In this document: in pieces, positions 1 to 10,011 of the stretch
How the letters are laid out: every line of letters starts with the position of its first letter
Position numbering within the stretch: the first letter of the stretch is position 1
Source: Gammaproteobacteria bacterium
GTDB taxonomy: Bacteria; Pseudomonadota; Gammaproteobacteria; Eutrophobiales; Eutrophobiaceae
DNA: 64,000 bases
Assembly: GCA_965221695.1 (NCBI GenBank)
Contig: OZ244905.1
Span: 762,355 to 826,354 of the forward strand
Direction: 5' to 3'
Position numbers and translations under genes: made by a program
The notes under the pieces: model-generated
Seen by the model: the letters and a program-made list of their open reading frames with translations, nothing else
What the model was told of the DNA's origin: nothing
Database searches by the model: none

Positions 1-373
1 ATGATCTTAACGGCGTCGGCCAAATGTTCCGGTTCGTTTTCATCCAGGGGTTGCGGGCGGCCATGGGCCACGTCACAGAACGGGCAACGCCGGGTGCAGG
101 TATCGCCCATGATCATGAAGGTGGCGGTACCGCGCGCAAAGCACTCACCCAGGTTGGGACAGGAGGCCTCCTCACAGACCGTATGCAGAGAGCGTTCCCG
201 CAACAGCCGCTTCAATTCGATTACCTTGGGATCCGTAGGCGCTTTTGCCCTGATCCAGTCGGGCTTTCTCGGCGCTTTACCTTCCATGGGGATCACCTTT
301 ACGGGGATGCGCGCGGTTTTGAATTTGCCGCGCCGCTCTTCTTTTGTCAGGTTTTCCAGTGCTGTTGCCATAG
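1..373 (-). CDS. lipA: Lipoyl synthase LipA, N-terminal part; the C-terminus runs off the window edge
   Basis: Reverse-complement translation from the ATG at 373 gives [45 protein letters not shown]...[12 protein letters not shown]...[14 protein letters not shown]. This has the radical-SAM CxxxCxxC motif and the auxiliary-cluster cysteines typical of LipA. The gene is not in the supplied ORF track because it is truncated. Confidence 0.85.
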
Positions 374-381
374 TAATATCG

Positions 382-1029
382 CTATTCCGGTACAATTTTA
401 TCAAACAATTCGAACTCTTCGTATGCAAAAAGGTTCAGCAGGCAGGGCAAAAATTGCTTAACCGCGTCACCGACCGTCAAATCCACGCCCTGGTCCGCCA
501 GTTGGGTGACCTCCAGGCCGGGATAACCGCAGGGATTGATGCGCCGGAACGGGGACAAGTCCATGTTTATGTTCAGGGCCAGTCCGTGGTAGCAACATCC
601 TTTCCTCACCCGCACACCCAGGGCCGCGATCTTGCTGTCGGTCAGGTACACACCCGGCATACGCGGACGGCGGCGCCCGTCCAGGTCGAACATTGCCAGG
701 AAATCAATGACCGCCTGCTCCAGCAGGAAAACGTACTCTTTAATGGACATTTCCAGTCGTTTCAGGTCGAGCAACGGGTAAATGACCAATTGGCCTTGGC
801 CGTGGTAGGTCACCTGCCCGCCCCGGTCGGTTTTGTATACTGGAATGACCCCTGGGTCCAACAGGTGCTCAACCTTGCCGGCCAGGCCGAGGGTAAATAC
901 CGGCTCGTGTTCCAGGCACCAGATTTCATCCTCGCTGTCCGGGCCGCGCCGGTCAGTCAATGCAACCATATCGTCATAAATGGCCTGGTATTTCTGCAGG
1001 CCGAATTGTCGGATTAAGACCTTGCTCAC
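382..1029 (-). CDS. lipB: Octanoyltransferase (lipoyl(octanoyl) transferase) LipB
   Basis: 215 aa. The sequence ILVRQxGLQxYxxxxxxM...WLxEHxPVFTxGxAGKxEHLL...[13 protein letters not shown]...RINPCGY aligns along its length with E. coli LipB. GTG start. It lies immediately upstream of lipA on the same strand. Confidence 0.9.
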   Translation of the reverse strand: MSKVLIRQFGLQKYQAIYDDMVALTDRRGPDSEDEIWCLEHEPVFTLGLAGKVEHLLDPGVIPVYKTDRGGQVTYHGQGQLVIYPLLDLKRLEMSIKEYVFLLEQAVIDFLAMFDLDGRRRPRMPGVYLTDSKIAALGVRVRKGCCYHGLALNINMDLSPFRRINPCGYPGLEVTQLADQGVDLTVGDAVKQFLPCLLNLFAYEEFELFDKIVPE

Positions 1030-1035
1030 TGATGT

Positions 1036-1058
1036 TTCACATGGATGGACAGGATATA
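1036..1058. repeat. 23-bp exact repeat TTCACATGGATGGACAGGATATA, copy 1 (copy 2 is at 18253..18275)
   Basis: The same 23-mer occurs at 1036-1058 and at 18253-18275. Each copy lies 6-20 nt upstream of a minus-strand start codon (lipB here, the intradiol dioxygenase there). Both are embedded in imperfect palindromes. Confidence 0.6.
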
Positions 1059-1154
1059 TTCAAAAAATGCTGTATGATAGCCATGGTGTCGGACATACCG
1101 TAATTTCAGTATAATCCAAGGCAGTCAGAAAACCTTATGTTATAGGAGACGCTC

Positions 1155-1535
1155 ATGAAGTTCTCAACTTTGTGGTTACCATTTATCCTGGTTATCGGCA
1201 TTGCATTCATGCAGACCACGCTGGTCCGGGCCGATTCCGCATCCACTGAGGTCATTGAAACCTGTCCCATGCCGGAAAAGCCTTCCATCCCGAACGGACT
1301 GAAGTCCAGCGAGGAAGAAATGCTGACCGCGCAACGGAGCATCAAGGACTATATTACCAGCGGCGAGGCCGTATTAACCTGCCTTGATGGACTCAAACAA
1401 AGCTGGGGAGAGACCGCCACTGAGGAACAATTGCAGATTAACAACCTGTTCCACAATAAAATGGTGGATGAAATGCAGTCAATTGGCGAACTTTTCAATT
1501 CGGCTGTCAGGGCGTACAAGGGCAGAAACCAGTAA
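1155..1535 (+). CDS. Hypothetical secreted/periplasmic protein with an N-terminal signal peptide and two Cys
   Basis: 126-aa ORF. AGGAGA RBS 6 nt upstream. Hydrophobic N-terminus MKFSTLWLPFILVIGIAFMQTTLVRA. No recognisable catalytic motif. Confidence 0.5.
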   Translation: MKFSTLWLPFILVIGIAFMQTTLVRADSASTEVIETCPMPEKPSIPNGLKSSEEEMLTAQRSIKDYITSGEAVLTCLDGLKQSWGETATEEQLQINNLFHNKMVDEMQSIGELFNSAVRAYKGRNQ

Positions 1536-1606
1536 ATTGTTGTCAACCCGCGGCGCTCCCTAAACCCTCATAACCGGGCAAGCCGTGAGGTATTGTTTTA
1601 TTTCGC

Positions 1607-2536
1607 ATGAAAGCGCTGGAAATTAATCGCCTGGAAAAAACCTACGGGAATGGTTTCCAAGCGCTGAAGGGAATCGACCTGGACGTGGATGAAGGTGATT
1701 TCTTCGCGTTGCTCGGTCCTAATGGCGCCGGTAAATCCACGACCATCGGTATTATCACCTCGCTGGTTACCAAAACCGCGGGCAGCGTCAGAATCCTCGG
1801 GCTGGATATTGATACCCATGCCACCGAGAGCAAATCCCGGCTCGGCATCGTCCCCCAGGAGGTCAACTTCTCGCTGTTCGAGACTTGCCTCAATATCCTG
1901 CTGAACCAGGCCGGGTATTATGGAATCGGCCGCAAACAAGCATACAAAAGGGCGGAGAAATACCTCAAACAACTGGGAATGTGGGAGCGGCGCAACCAAA
2001 TCTCCCGTACCCTGTCCGGCGGGCTCAAACGCCGCCTGATGATAGCCAGGGCGCTGATCCATGAGCCGGAACTGTTATTGCTGGATGAACCGACTGCCGG
2101 AGTGGATGTGGAACTACGCCGTTCCACCTGGGATTTTCTGAAAGAGATCAATCGCAACGGCACGACCATTGTCCTGACCACCCATTACCTGGAAGAGGCA
2201 GAGAGCCTGTGCCGGAACATTGCCATTATCGACAAGGGAGCGATCATCGAATACGGCGATAAAAAAGACCTGCTGGCCCAATTGCATTCGGAGACGTTTA
2301 TCCTGGACCTGGTCAGCCCCATCGAGAAATTGCCGGAAATGCCGTTCCTGGATATACGCCAGATCGACCCGATGACCCTGGAAGTAGTCATCAACAAGGA
2401 GCAGAACGCGAACGCCGTGTTCGAAATGCTGTCTGAACACTGGATTATCGTGAGCAGCATGCGCAACAAGACCAATCGCCTGGAAGAGTTGTTTATCCGC
2501 TTACTCGACGACAACGGGCAGGAAAATGCCTCCTGA
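1607..2536 (+). CDS. ABC transporter ATP-binding protein (ABC-2 type, YadG-like)
   Basis: Walker A GPNGAGKST, signature LSGGLKRR, Walker B LLLLDEPT, H-loop. 309 aa. Confidence 0.9.
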   Translation: MKALEINRLEKTYGNGFQALKGIDLDVDEGDFFALLGPNGAGKSTTIGIITSLVTKTAGSVRILGLDIDTHATESKSRLGIVPQEVNFSLFETCLNILLNQAGYYGIGRKQAYKRAEKYLKQLGMWERRNQISRTLSGGLKRRLMIARALIHEPELLLLDEPTAGVDVELRRSTWDFLKEINRNGTTIVLTTHYLEEAESLCRNIAIIDKGAIIEYGDKKDLLAQLHSETFILDLVSPIEKLPEMPFLDIRQIDPMTLEVVINKEQNANAVFEMLSEHWIIVSSMRNKTNRLEELFIRLLDDNGQENAS

Positions 2537-3302
2537 TCGCCTTTTCATTGCCTACAGGACGATCGTTTCCAAGGAGATCACCCGGTTCATGCGCATCTGG
2601 TCGCAAACCATCCTGCCCGCGGCGATCAGCATGGCGCTCTACTTCATCATTTTCGGCAACCTGATCGGCCCTCGCATCGGCGTGATGGGCGGTTTTTCCT
2701 ACATGGAGTTCATTGCCCCCGGGATCATTATGATGTCGATCATCAACAACGCTTATTCCAATGTCTCCTCGTCTTTCTTCGGGGCGCGCTTTCAGCGCCA
2801 CATTGAAGAGATGCTGGTCGCACCCATACCGTACTGGATAATCCTCGCGGGTTACATCTCCGGCGGGGTGCTCAGGGGCCTGATGGTAGGCATGATCGTA
2901 ACGGTCATAGCGCTGTTTTTCATCGGTTTGCCTTCGGTTTACAGTCCTGTCATCGTCATCAGCACCGTGGTCCTGACCTCCGTCCTGTTCTCCCTGGGCG
3001 GTTTTCTCAACGGCATGTTTGCGAACAACTTCGATGACATCTCCATCATTCCGACGTTCGTTCTGACCCCGCTGATATACCTGGGCGGCGTGTTCTATTC
3101 CATAGACCTGTTGCCGGACATCTGGCAATCAATCTCCCGGGCCAACCCGATACTGTACATGGTAAACGCGTTCCGCTACGGCTTCCTGGGCGTCTCCGAC
3201 ATCAGCATCGAGGTCGCATTCATCATCATCCTGCTGTTTATCCTGATCCTGTCGTCCCTGTCCCTTTACCTGTTACATCGGGGAGCGGGGATAAAGACCT
3301 AA
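2526..3302 (+). CDS. ABC-2 family transporter permease (YadH-like)
   Basis: 258 aa, multiple TM segments. N-terminus KEITRFMRIWSQTILPAAISMALYFIIFGNLIG closely resembles E. coli YadH. Overlaps the ATPase gene by 11 nt. Confidence 0.9.
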   Translation: MPPDRLFIAYRTIVSKEITRFMRIWSQTILPAAISMALYFIIFGNLIGPRIGVMGGFSYMEFIAPGIIMMSIINNAYSNVSSSFFGARFQRHIEEMLVAPIPYWIILAGYISGGVLRGLMVGMIVTVIALFFIGLPSVYSPVIVISTVVLTSVLFSLGGFLNGMFANNFDDISIIPTFVLTPLIYLGGVFYSIDLLPDIWQSISRANPILYMVNAFRYGFLGVSDISIEVAFIIILLFILILSSLSLYLLHRGAGIKT

Positions 3303-3566
3303 TTACAAATCCAGCACTAGCAAATCGCTTTTGGAACGGGAGCAGCACAGGGTCATCTGGTTGTTGGCTGCCTTTTCCTCATCGGTTTGAAACATGTCAT
3401 TGTGCTCCGGTTCCCCTTCCAGCACGCCCGTCAGGCAGGTGCCGCAGATGCCTTGTTCGCAGGATACTGGGATGATAATCCCATGTTCGCCCAGTGCATC
3501 GACGATCCTGACGCCGTCTTCAACGGTAATTACCTCACCACTGCTTGCGATTTTTACTTTAAACAT
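3303..3566 (-). CDS. [2Fe-2S] ferredoxin (plant/adrenodoxin-type), probable oxygenase electron carrier
   Basis: Cys ligand pattern SCEQGICGTC...CC. The preferred start is the internal ATG at 3566 (MFKVKI...) with a GGAGATAAGGA RBS. The track ORF extends to a TTG at 3581. Confidence 0.7.
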   Translation of the reverse strand: MFKVKIASSGEVITVEDGVRIVDALGEHGIIIPVSCEQGICGTCLTGVLEGEPEHNDMFQTDEEKAANNQMTLCCSRSKSDLLVLDL

Positions 3567-3605
3567 TTCCTTATCTCCCAAGGCTTCGAATCAGTCACCG
3601 ATTAA

Positions 3606-3953
3606 CTAACCACCCAAGTCAGCTTGGCTGCGTAGAACTCTTACACAATAGTTGTTCAGACTCTCGTTTGCTTTCAAGGACTCAATCACGAGGCGTTGAT
3701 GGAGTTCTGGTCCGACTCGCAGATTAAATTTGCCGGAATATTTTTTGCCTGCTACTGCCGGTGGCAATGGCGTATTGTCCAAATGGTGGATTTCAATCCA
3801 TTCTTCGATTAGTTTGCTCAGTTCCTGATATACCTCAGTCTCATTTTGGCCATGGATTCCCCCGAGCGTCAGGCCAGGCGCCCTGCCAATATAGCACTGA
3901 TCTTCTTCAGACCATTCTACAATTCTGAGATACCGATCAGCTTTTTTCATCAC
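3606..3953 (-). CDS. hicB: Type II toxin-antitoxin HicB-family antitoxin
   Basis: 115 aa. HicB-like N-terminal domain plus a C-terminal RHH-like segment (KFNLRVGPELHQRLVIESLKANESLNNYCVRVL). Overlaps the upstream hicA by 17 nt. Confidence 0.75.
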   Translation of the reverse strand: MMKKADRYLRIVEWSEEDQCYIGRAPGLTLGGIHGQNETEVYQELSKLIEEWIEIHHLDNTPLPPAVAGKKYSGKFNLRVGPELHQRLVIESLKANESLNNYCVRVLRSQADLGG

Positions 3954-4140
3954 TAATCAATTGAAGTGCTTGTTTCACGTCTTTAACCTGATAATGCTTC
4001 GCATCATCACCTGTCTTGCCACTAATTGTAATATTCAATCCGACCGGGTGCCTGAAATTACGGTGGCTACCCTTCCCTCCTCGGTCAACAAAACCGTATC
4101 GTTTTAGTTCGTTGATCAAATCCCTAACTTTAGGAGGCAT
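3937..4140 (-). CDS. hicA: Type II toxin-antitoxin HicA-family mRNA interferase toxin
   Basis: 67 aa. KVRDLINELKRYGFVDRGGKGSHRNFRHP matches the HicA/YcfA signature (K..GF...R..GSH....HP). Confidence 0.8.
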   Translation of the reverse strand: MPPKVRDLINELKRYGFVDRGGKGSHRNFRHPVGLNITISGKTGDDAKHYQVKDVKQALQLISDEKS

Positions 4141-4462
4141 TGTGACATAGTACTATAACGGTACTATAAATCAAGTATATAATCCCGGACCAAATACCAT
4201 TTCGGGAATAACCACCTCCCACGCGTCGCACTTTGCGCGATCCTGGTATTGTGGTTCTGACTGTTCGTGACACAACAACCAATGCCATGTTTCTCCAGGC
4301 CTGTTACCTGGTCGGACATCAGCGCCACCAGCGGAGAAATGGCCACGGTAAGCGCGCCGGTTTTGTAACCTCAAGGTCCAGAGACAGGAAACAAGGCATA
4401 GCGCCTGGAGTTTTACCGGCTTGCTGTGGCATTTGCTGTGGCATAGCTTGTACAGCAAAGGA

Positions 4463-4492
4463 AATATCGATATTATTTATAATTGTTGTCAA
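4463..4492. promoter_or_regulatory. Putative operator/promoter element (site C): AATATCGATATT palindrome plus TTGTTGTCAA box, ~110-140 bp upstream of the Rieske oxygenase gene
   Basis: AATATCGATATT at 4463-4474 and TTGTTGTCAA at 4483-4492. Both boxes recur at 27814-27829 and 38187-38209. Confidence 0.5.
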
Positions 4493-4602
4493 TATATCAT
4501 CGCATAAGAATATAGCTTATTGATTTCATGGAATAAAGTAAACAGCATGGTAGTTATACTGAAGAACCATAGGGTGGCCTGATTAAGTAAGAGGGGATTA
4601 CA

Positions 4603-5727
4603 GTGTCAAAACCGTTTCTGAAAAATGCCTGGTATGCGGCGGCCTGGAGCTACGAGGTGAAAAAGGAATTGTTCGAACGTACCATCATCGGCGAATCGAT
4701 CCTGTTCTATCGCAAAGAGAACAACGAGGCGGTGGCCATCAACAACGCGTGCCCGCACCGCTATTCGCCGTTGCACCTCGGAACGCTGATCGGCGATGTG
4801 GTGGAATGCGCTTACCACGGATTGCGTTACGACAGCGGCGGGCGTTGCGTGCATAACCCCCACGGGGACGGCAAGATCCCGGAAAAGATGTGCACCCGGG
4901 CCTACCCGCTGGAAGAAACCCATAACATGTTATGGATCTGGATGGGCGACCCGTCGCTGGCCGATCCCGCAACGATTCCCGATTTCAGTTGCCATACCGA
5001 CGCTGACTACCCGTCCGTCCAGGGTGTAATTGAAATGCACGGCAACTACGAGCTGATCACCGATAACCTGATGGACCTGTCCCATGTCGAGTTCCTGCAT
5101 AAAGGCATACTCGGCAGCGATGCGATTAAACGCGGGCAACACGAACTGTTGCAGGACGGCACTACGGTGTGGTCCAACCGCTGGTGCCCGGACGGATTGG
5201 CGCCGCCGGCCTGGGACCACATGTTCAAGGACTACGGCAAGCCGGTTGACCACTGGTTATACATGCGCTGGGACGCGCCCAGCCACATGCTGCTGGACGT
5301 GGGCATCACCCCTACGGGCAGACCGCGCAGCGAAGGGATATGGATGTACGGCACGGACATTCTTACGCCTAAGAACCAGACCTCCACGTATTATTTCTGG
5401 GGCGTCGCCAGGGACCACGACAAGAACAGCGCGGAGATGGACAAAATCTGGACCACGGCCGTCGAGACAGCCTTCGGCACTCAGGACAAACCCATGATCG
5501 AAGCCCAGCAAGGCATGCTGGAAAATCTGGACGTCATCGATCTCGACGAAGTTGACCCGGTGTTGCTGCCCATGGACAGCGCCACGGTGCGCTGCCGGCG
5601 CGTGCTGGACCAACTGCGCCGTCAGGATGGCATCAAGCTTCCCGACCCCCGCAACCCGGCCCTGACGGACCTGGTCTGGAAAACGAATGCGGAGCAATAC
5701 CAAGGCATCGTAGAACCAGTGGTGTGA
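4603..5727 (+). CDS. Rieske [2Fe-2S] non-heme-iron oxygenase alpha subunit, VanA / phthalate-dioxygenase-like family (aromatic O-demethylase/hydroxylase type)
   Basis: 374 aa. Rieske motif CPHR...17 aa...CAYHG. Mononuclear-iron region with the DNLMDLSHVEFLH motif typical of VanA-like oxygenases. GTG start with a GAGGGG RBS. No reductase gene is adjacent. Confidence 0.85.
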   Translation: MSKPFLKNAWYAAAWSYEVKKELFERTIIGESILFYRKENNEAVAINNACPHRYSPLHLGTLIGDVVECAYHGLRYDSGGRCVHNPHGDGKIPEKMCTRAYPLEETHNMLWIWMGDPSLADPATIPDFSCHTDADYPSVQGVIEMHGNYELITDNLMDLSHVEFLHKGILGSDAIKRGQHELLQDGTTVWSNRWCPDGLAPPAWDHMFKDYGKPVDHWLYMRWDAPSHMLLDVGITPTGRPRSEGIWMYGTDILTPKNQTSTYYFWGVARDHDKNSAEMDKIWTTAVETAFGTQDKPMIEAQQGMLENLDVIDLDEVDPVLLPMDSATVRCRRVLDQLRRQDGIKLPDPRNPALTDLVWKTNAEQYQGIVEPVV

Positions 5728-5839
5728 AGGCCACCTACTCTGCCTGCGCGCGTACTTCGCGATTGATGCGTATCGCAGCCTACAGGCGGACGCGGAAAGA
5801 CATCGCGCAAGCCCTTGATCCGTAGGACTGGCGTCTCAA

Positions 5840-7435
5840 CTACTCCTCGAACGCCGGCTTTATTTCGGTTTTCGGGGTCCAGTCCGGACCATAAAGCCGT
5901 TTGTATCTTTCCGGCCGGTCCACCGACCCCTTGGCGCCGCCGCCCCGCCACAGGTCGTATTTTGCATCGGCATACTCGGCAAAGAACGCGGTGAGCCTGG
6001 CGTCCAGTTCCGCAACGACTTCCCGATAAGACGGATCATCTATGATGTTCCGGTTCTGATCCGGGTCTGCCTGCATATCATACAATGCCGGCTCGCCTGT
6101 TGCGCGCAGGCGTTTCCAGTAAGCATACTTCTCAGTCCTGATTACCCTGGTCTCTTCCTGTTCAAAGAAAACCGCATCAGGGCGGCGGCCGGTGGCGCCT
6201 GCCAGCGCATGTCTGAAACTCTTGCCGGGGCTGTTATCGAAACGTACAGCGCCCATGCCGAGATAATCCAGGATGGTCACGGGTATATCATATTGGCCTA
6301 CCAGCAGGTCGCTGGTTTGCCCCGCGCTGATCTTGCCCATATGCCTGATGATCAGCGGGACATTCATCGCCGTCTCATACATGCTGGACGGTGTCGTGAC
6401 CACGGTATGCTGCCAGAGGCCATGCTGTCCGTAAAAGTTGCCCTGGTAGGAAGAAAAAATGACCAGGGTATTGTTCTCCAGACCCTTTTCCTTCAACGCC
6501 GCCAATACCTTGCCCACACCGTCATCCACCAGCGTATTCTGGGAAGCGACATTGGCCATGGTAGCCGGATCGTTATGCATGGCCAGTCCTTCTCGCAGTT
6601 TGCCCCGTAAAAACGGGTTGGTATCATCACTCAGCAACTGCTCCACCAGGTTATCGTTATACGCCGTGCGCGGAAATGACTTGAATTCCTTGCCCGCGTA
6701 GTCCTGGTAAAACCGATTCCTCGCAGGCCCGTAATTCGTCGGCGGGTTGGTATAAGGCCCGTCGTAATTCAATTGCAGGTAGAACGGCTCCTCGCCGGTG
6801 TAAGCCCGCAGGTATTCAACTGCCTTGTCCGTGAAGAAATCGACGATGTGCCGGTCGTTTATCCGGTATGTTTCGTCATTGTCGATGATGGTGTTGTCCC
6901 AGAAATCAATGGTATGCCCGTCTGGAAATGTGACCCAGTACTGGTAACCGATGGAGGCTTTCCAGGGTTGGCCCAGGTGCCACTTGCCTATCATCGCGGT
7001 CCGGTAACCGCGGTTTCTTAACGTGAGCGGCAAGGTGCGGAACTCCGCCACCGCGGACCAGTTTTCCGGCCACTGATCCAGCAGTTCATCATCCAGCCAA
7101 CTGTGTATCCCGTGTTGCGATGGCATCAGTCCGGTCATCAGGGTTGCCCGGGTGGGAGAGCACATGCCGTTCACCGCATAGGCGCGGGTAAAGCGGATGC
7201 CATCTGCGGCCAGCCGGTCTATATTGGGTGTGCTGATATCGGGATTGCCGTACGCGCCCAGTAATGAGGCAGCCTGGTTATCAGTCAGGATGAATACTAT
7301 ATTCGGTCTTTGTTCACCTGACTGCGCGACGCTCGCCCATAATGCCATTACGACCAGTTGGGACAGAATTAACGAAGTTCTGATCAATCCGAAGCCTCCT
7401 GCGGCCGGTTTAGCTGCAAAATAGGTTTTAATCAT
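5840..7435 (-). CDS. Sulfatase (arylsulfatase family; formylglycine-dependent), secreted
   Basis: 531 aa. Signal peptide. Sulfatase signature C-S-P-T-R (MCSPTRATLMTG) followed by GKWHLG. Confidence 0.9.
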   Translation of the reverse strand: MIKTYFAAKPAAGGFGLIRTSLILSQLVVMALWASVAQSGEQRPNIVFILTDNQAASLLGAYGNPDISTPNIDRLAADGIRFTRAYAVNGMCSPTRATLMTGLMPSQHGIHSWLDDELLDQWPENWSAVAEFRTLPLTLRNRGYRTAMIGKWHLGQPWKASIGYQYWVTFPDGHTIDFWDNTIIDNDETYRINDRHIVDFFTDKAVEYLRAYTGEEPFYLQLNYDGPYTNPPTNYGPARNRFYQDYAGKEFKSFPRTAYNDNLVEQLLSDDTNPFLRGKLREGLAMHNDPATMANVASQNTLVDDGVGKVLAALKEKGLENNTLVIFSSYQGNFYGQHGLWQHTVVTTPSSMYETAMNVPLIIRHMGKISAGQTSDLLVGQYDIPVTILDYLGMGAVRFDNSPGKSFRHALAGATGRRPDAVFFEQEETRVIRTEKYAYWKRLRATGEPALYDMQADPDQNRNIIDDPSYREVVAELDARLTAFFAEYADAKYDLWRGGGAKGSVDRPERYKRLYGPDWTPKTEIKPAFEE

Positions 7436-7486
7436 AGCATGTTGCCTGTTTCAGGACAGTAGCAAATCCGTTACACTGCGCTTGAA

Positions 7487-7978
7487 ATGGACATAACACG
7501 CAGAGATTTTATCCGGCTTACTCTCAGCCTCGCGCTGCTCCCCCCGGGCACGCGCGCCGTCTCCCGGGATACGACAGATCTGTGGTTAAACGATGATGGT
7601 AAGTTCCTGTCGGATATTGTCTACCAATTGTTCCCCCATGCGCAGTTAAGCAAGGATGTGTATGAACAGGTCGCGCAACAACTGGACGACAAGATCATGC
7701 AATCCGCGGAACTGACGGCAATGCTGGACGACGCCATCGGGGTTATGGCCGCACAATCCCAGGAACAATGGCTTGCCTTGCCGGCGCATCAGAAAGTGGC
7801 GGCGCTTGAGAAAATACAGCGCACGCCATTCTTTCAATTCGTCCGCAACGAATCCCTGAACGGGGTCTACCGCAGTCCGCTGACCTGGGAATTACTCGGC
7901 TACGAGGGGTCTTCCCTCGAGTTCGGCGGCTATATCAACCGGGGCCTCAACGACATTGACTGGTTGCCTGAACCCTGA
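7487..7978 (+). CDS. Gluconate 2-dehydrogenase subunit-3-family protein (small Tat-exported partner of a GMC oxidoreductase)
   Basis: 163 aa. Twin-arginine signal MDITRRDFIRLTLSLALLPPGTRA. Lies directly upstream of the GMC flavoprotein gene. Confidence 0.7.
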   Translation: MDITRRDFIRLTLSLALLPPGTRAVSRDTTDLWLNDDGKFLSDIVYQLFPHAQLSKDVYEQVAQQLDDKIMQSAELTAMLDDAIGVMAAQSQEQWLALPAHQKVAALEKIQRTPFFQFVRNESLNGVYRSPLTWELLGYEGSSLEFGGYINRGLNDIDWLPEP

Positions 7979-8035
7979 TGATCAGGGCACTGCGCAACGG
8001 TATGTGCCAGATGGAACAGGCCAGGGTATTCTCCA

Positions 8036-8134
8036 GTACCACTCCCGCGAAAGCGGGAGTCCAGTCAAATACTGTATCGCCCGAAGGGCGACCTCTTGAC
8101 CCACTGGATTCCCGTTTGCACGGGAATGGTACCG
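8036..8134. repeat. REP-like compound hairpin repeat, copy 1
   Basis: CTCCCGCGAAAGCGGGAGTCCAGTCAAAT + TGTATCGCCCGAAGGGCGAC + GGATTCCCGTTTGCACGGGAATGG. Near-identical modules recur at 12634-12813, 31402-31510, 36670-36838 and 62350-62460. Confidence 0.8.
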
Positions 8135-8162
8135 GGCATAGGTTACACAGCATATAGCTTGT

Positions 8163-9716
8163 ATGACAACATTCTCACTCAATGATCCTTCGGTGGTCGT
8201 GGTCATCGGTTCCGGCGCCGGCGGTGGAACAGTGTCGGAAATATTGGCGCGTAACGGCATTGATGTGGTCTGTCTTGAAGCCGGCAAGCGGCTCGACCTC
8301 ACGGAGATCGTTACCAATGAAGCCGAGATGTTCGGCAAAATCACCTGGCTGGATGAACGCCAGGGCAGCGGGGTCGCGCTGCCGCCATTCCCGGTATGGA
8401 ACTGCAAGACGGTGGGCGGCACGACCGTGCACTGGACTGCGACCGGCATCCGGCTGCAGGAACATGAGTTCAACGCGCTCAGCCGCTACGGTGCGGTCTC
8501 CGATACGTCCCTGGTGGACTGGCCGCTCAGCCTGGCGGAACTGGAACCGTATTACACCGCCGCTGAAGACCGCCTGGGCGTGACCGGCACGCACGGGATT
8601 GAACGACTGCCGGAAAGCAACAATTACAGGGTATTCAAAGCCGGCGCAAAAAAATGCGGCTACCAGGAGATCAACACCGGCAACCTGGCGATTAATTCCC
8701 GCCCGCGCGACGGCAGGGGCAGTTGCCTGCAACTGGGGTTCTGCGCCAGCGGCTGCGCAACCGGCGCCAAGTGGTCAACCCTGTATACAGATATTCCTGC
8801 GGCGGAACAGAGCGGTCATTTTGAATTACGAACGGAATCCATGGCGATAACGGTAAACCACGACCGGAACAAGGCGACCGGGGTCGACTACCTGGACAAA
8901 CACGGGCAAAAACACACCCAGTCGGCAAGGGCAGTCTGCATTGCCGGCAACACCGTGGAAACCACCAGGTTGTTGCTCAACTCCCGCTCTGATCTGTTCC
9001 CGCAGGGGCTGGCCAACGGCAGCGGTCAGGTCGGCAAAAACTACATGCGCCACGTGATGGCCAGTATCGTCGGCATCATGCCCGGGAAGGTAAACCAGCA
9101 TCGCGGCGCGCACCAGGCCGGTATTGTTTACGACGAGCGTTACCACGACAACAAACGCGGCTTTTTCGGCGGCCTGTTATTCGAAACCGTGAGTTTCACG
9201 CCGGAATCCATGGCCAGGTTCCTGCGGCCCGGAGGCTGGGGTAGCGCTTATACGGAACTGCTGGAACAATACAACCGCATGGCCGCGCTGCTGATCGTGG
9301 GTGAGGACCCTCCGATTGAAACCAATACCATCACGTTGCATCCCACGCGCAAAGACCATTATGGCCTGCCGGTGCCTGTCGTCCATTATGCGCATCACGC
9401 CAACTCCAACAGGATGCTGCGCTACGGCTTGGAACGGGGACGCAAGATCTATGAAGTCCTGGGCGCGGAGCAAACACTCGAATTGGTGAATGTGTTCCCG
9501 GCCACCCACAACATGGGCACGGCGCGCATGGGTAATGACCCGGCCACCAGCGTCTGTAACCGGTGGGGACAGACCCATGAGCTGGACAACCTGTTCATCA
9601 GCGATGGGAGCCTCTTCCCCACCTCAGGCTGCGCCAACCCAACGCTGACGATTATCGCGCTGGCGCTGCGCCAGGCCGAGTATCTGACCGCACAGCTCCG
9701 GTCAAATTCGATATAA
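8163..9716 (+). CDS. GMC-family FAD-dependent oxidoreductase (large subunit)
   Basis: 517 aa. N-terminal FAD Rossmann motif VVVIGSGAGGGTVSEILARNGIDVVCLEAG. C-terminal GMC region ending ...ANPTLTIIALALR. Confidence 0.9.
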   Translation: MTTFSLNDPSVVVVIGSGAGGGTVSEILARNGIDVVCLEAGKRLDLTEIVTNEAEMFGKITWLDERQGSGVALPPFPVWNCKTVGGTTVHWTATGIRLQEHEFNALSRYGAVSDTSLVDWPLSLAELEPYYTAAEDRLGVTGTHGIERLPESNNYRVFKAGAKKCGYQEINTGNLAINSRPRDGRGSCLQLGFCASGCATGAKWSTLYTDIPAAEQSGHFELRTESMAITVNHDRNKATGVDYLDKHGQKHTQSARAVCIAGNTVETTRLLLNSRSDLFPQGLANGSGQVGKNYMRHVMASIVGIMPGKVNQHRGAHQAGIVYDERYHDNKRGFFGGLLFETVSFTPESMARFLRPGGWGSAYTELLEQYNRMAALLIVGEDPPIETNTITLHPTRKDHYGLPVPVVHYAHHANSNRMLRYGLERGRKIYEVLGAEQTLELVNVFPATHNMGTARMGNDPATSVCNRWGQTHELDNLFISDGSLFPTSGCANPTLTIIALALRQAEYLTAQLRSNSI

Positions 9717-9820
9717 AGCTGCTTGGATACTGATGAAGAAGTATGTATTGACCATTTGGAATATACTGCCTATACTCTGGACTACATTAAGTGCTATCCA
9801 ATAACAACATGGAGGTAATC

Positions 9821-9985
9821 ATGAATTACGAATTAGTCACCATTATGGTAACTATCATTGCGACTGGCTGCGCTGTTATCGGCTTAATCCGTCCCAGCAT
9901 AACAAATTTACAAGAACGCATGTCCGGCCTGGAGCAACGCATGGCGCGCCTGGAAGGTTTGTTTGAGGGTTTTACCGGAAAGTAG
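9821..9985 (+). CDS. Small hypothetical membrane protein (one TM plus a short coiled coil)
   Basis: Internal ATG preceded by a GGAGGTAATC RBS. MNYELVTIMVTIIATGCAVIGLIRPS... 54 aa. Confidence 0.35.
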   Translation: MNYELVTIMVTIIATGCAVIGLIRPSITNLQERMSGLEQRMARLEGLFEGFTGK

Positions 9986-10011
9986 CACATCGCCACAATC
10001 GGAGAGGCTTC

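Noticed and set aside
1-1017. 338-aa plus-strand ORF across the start of the window
   Set aside because: It is antisense to lipA and lipB, which have clear homology. It is a typical long spurious frame in high-GC DNA.
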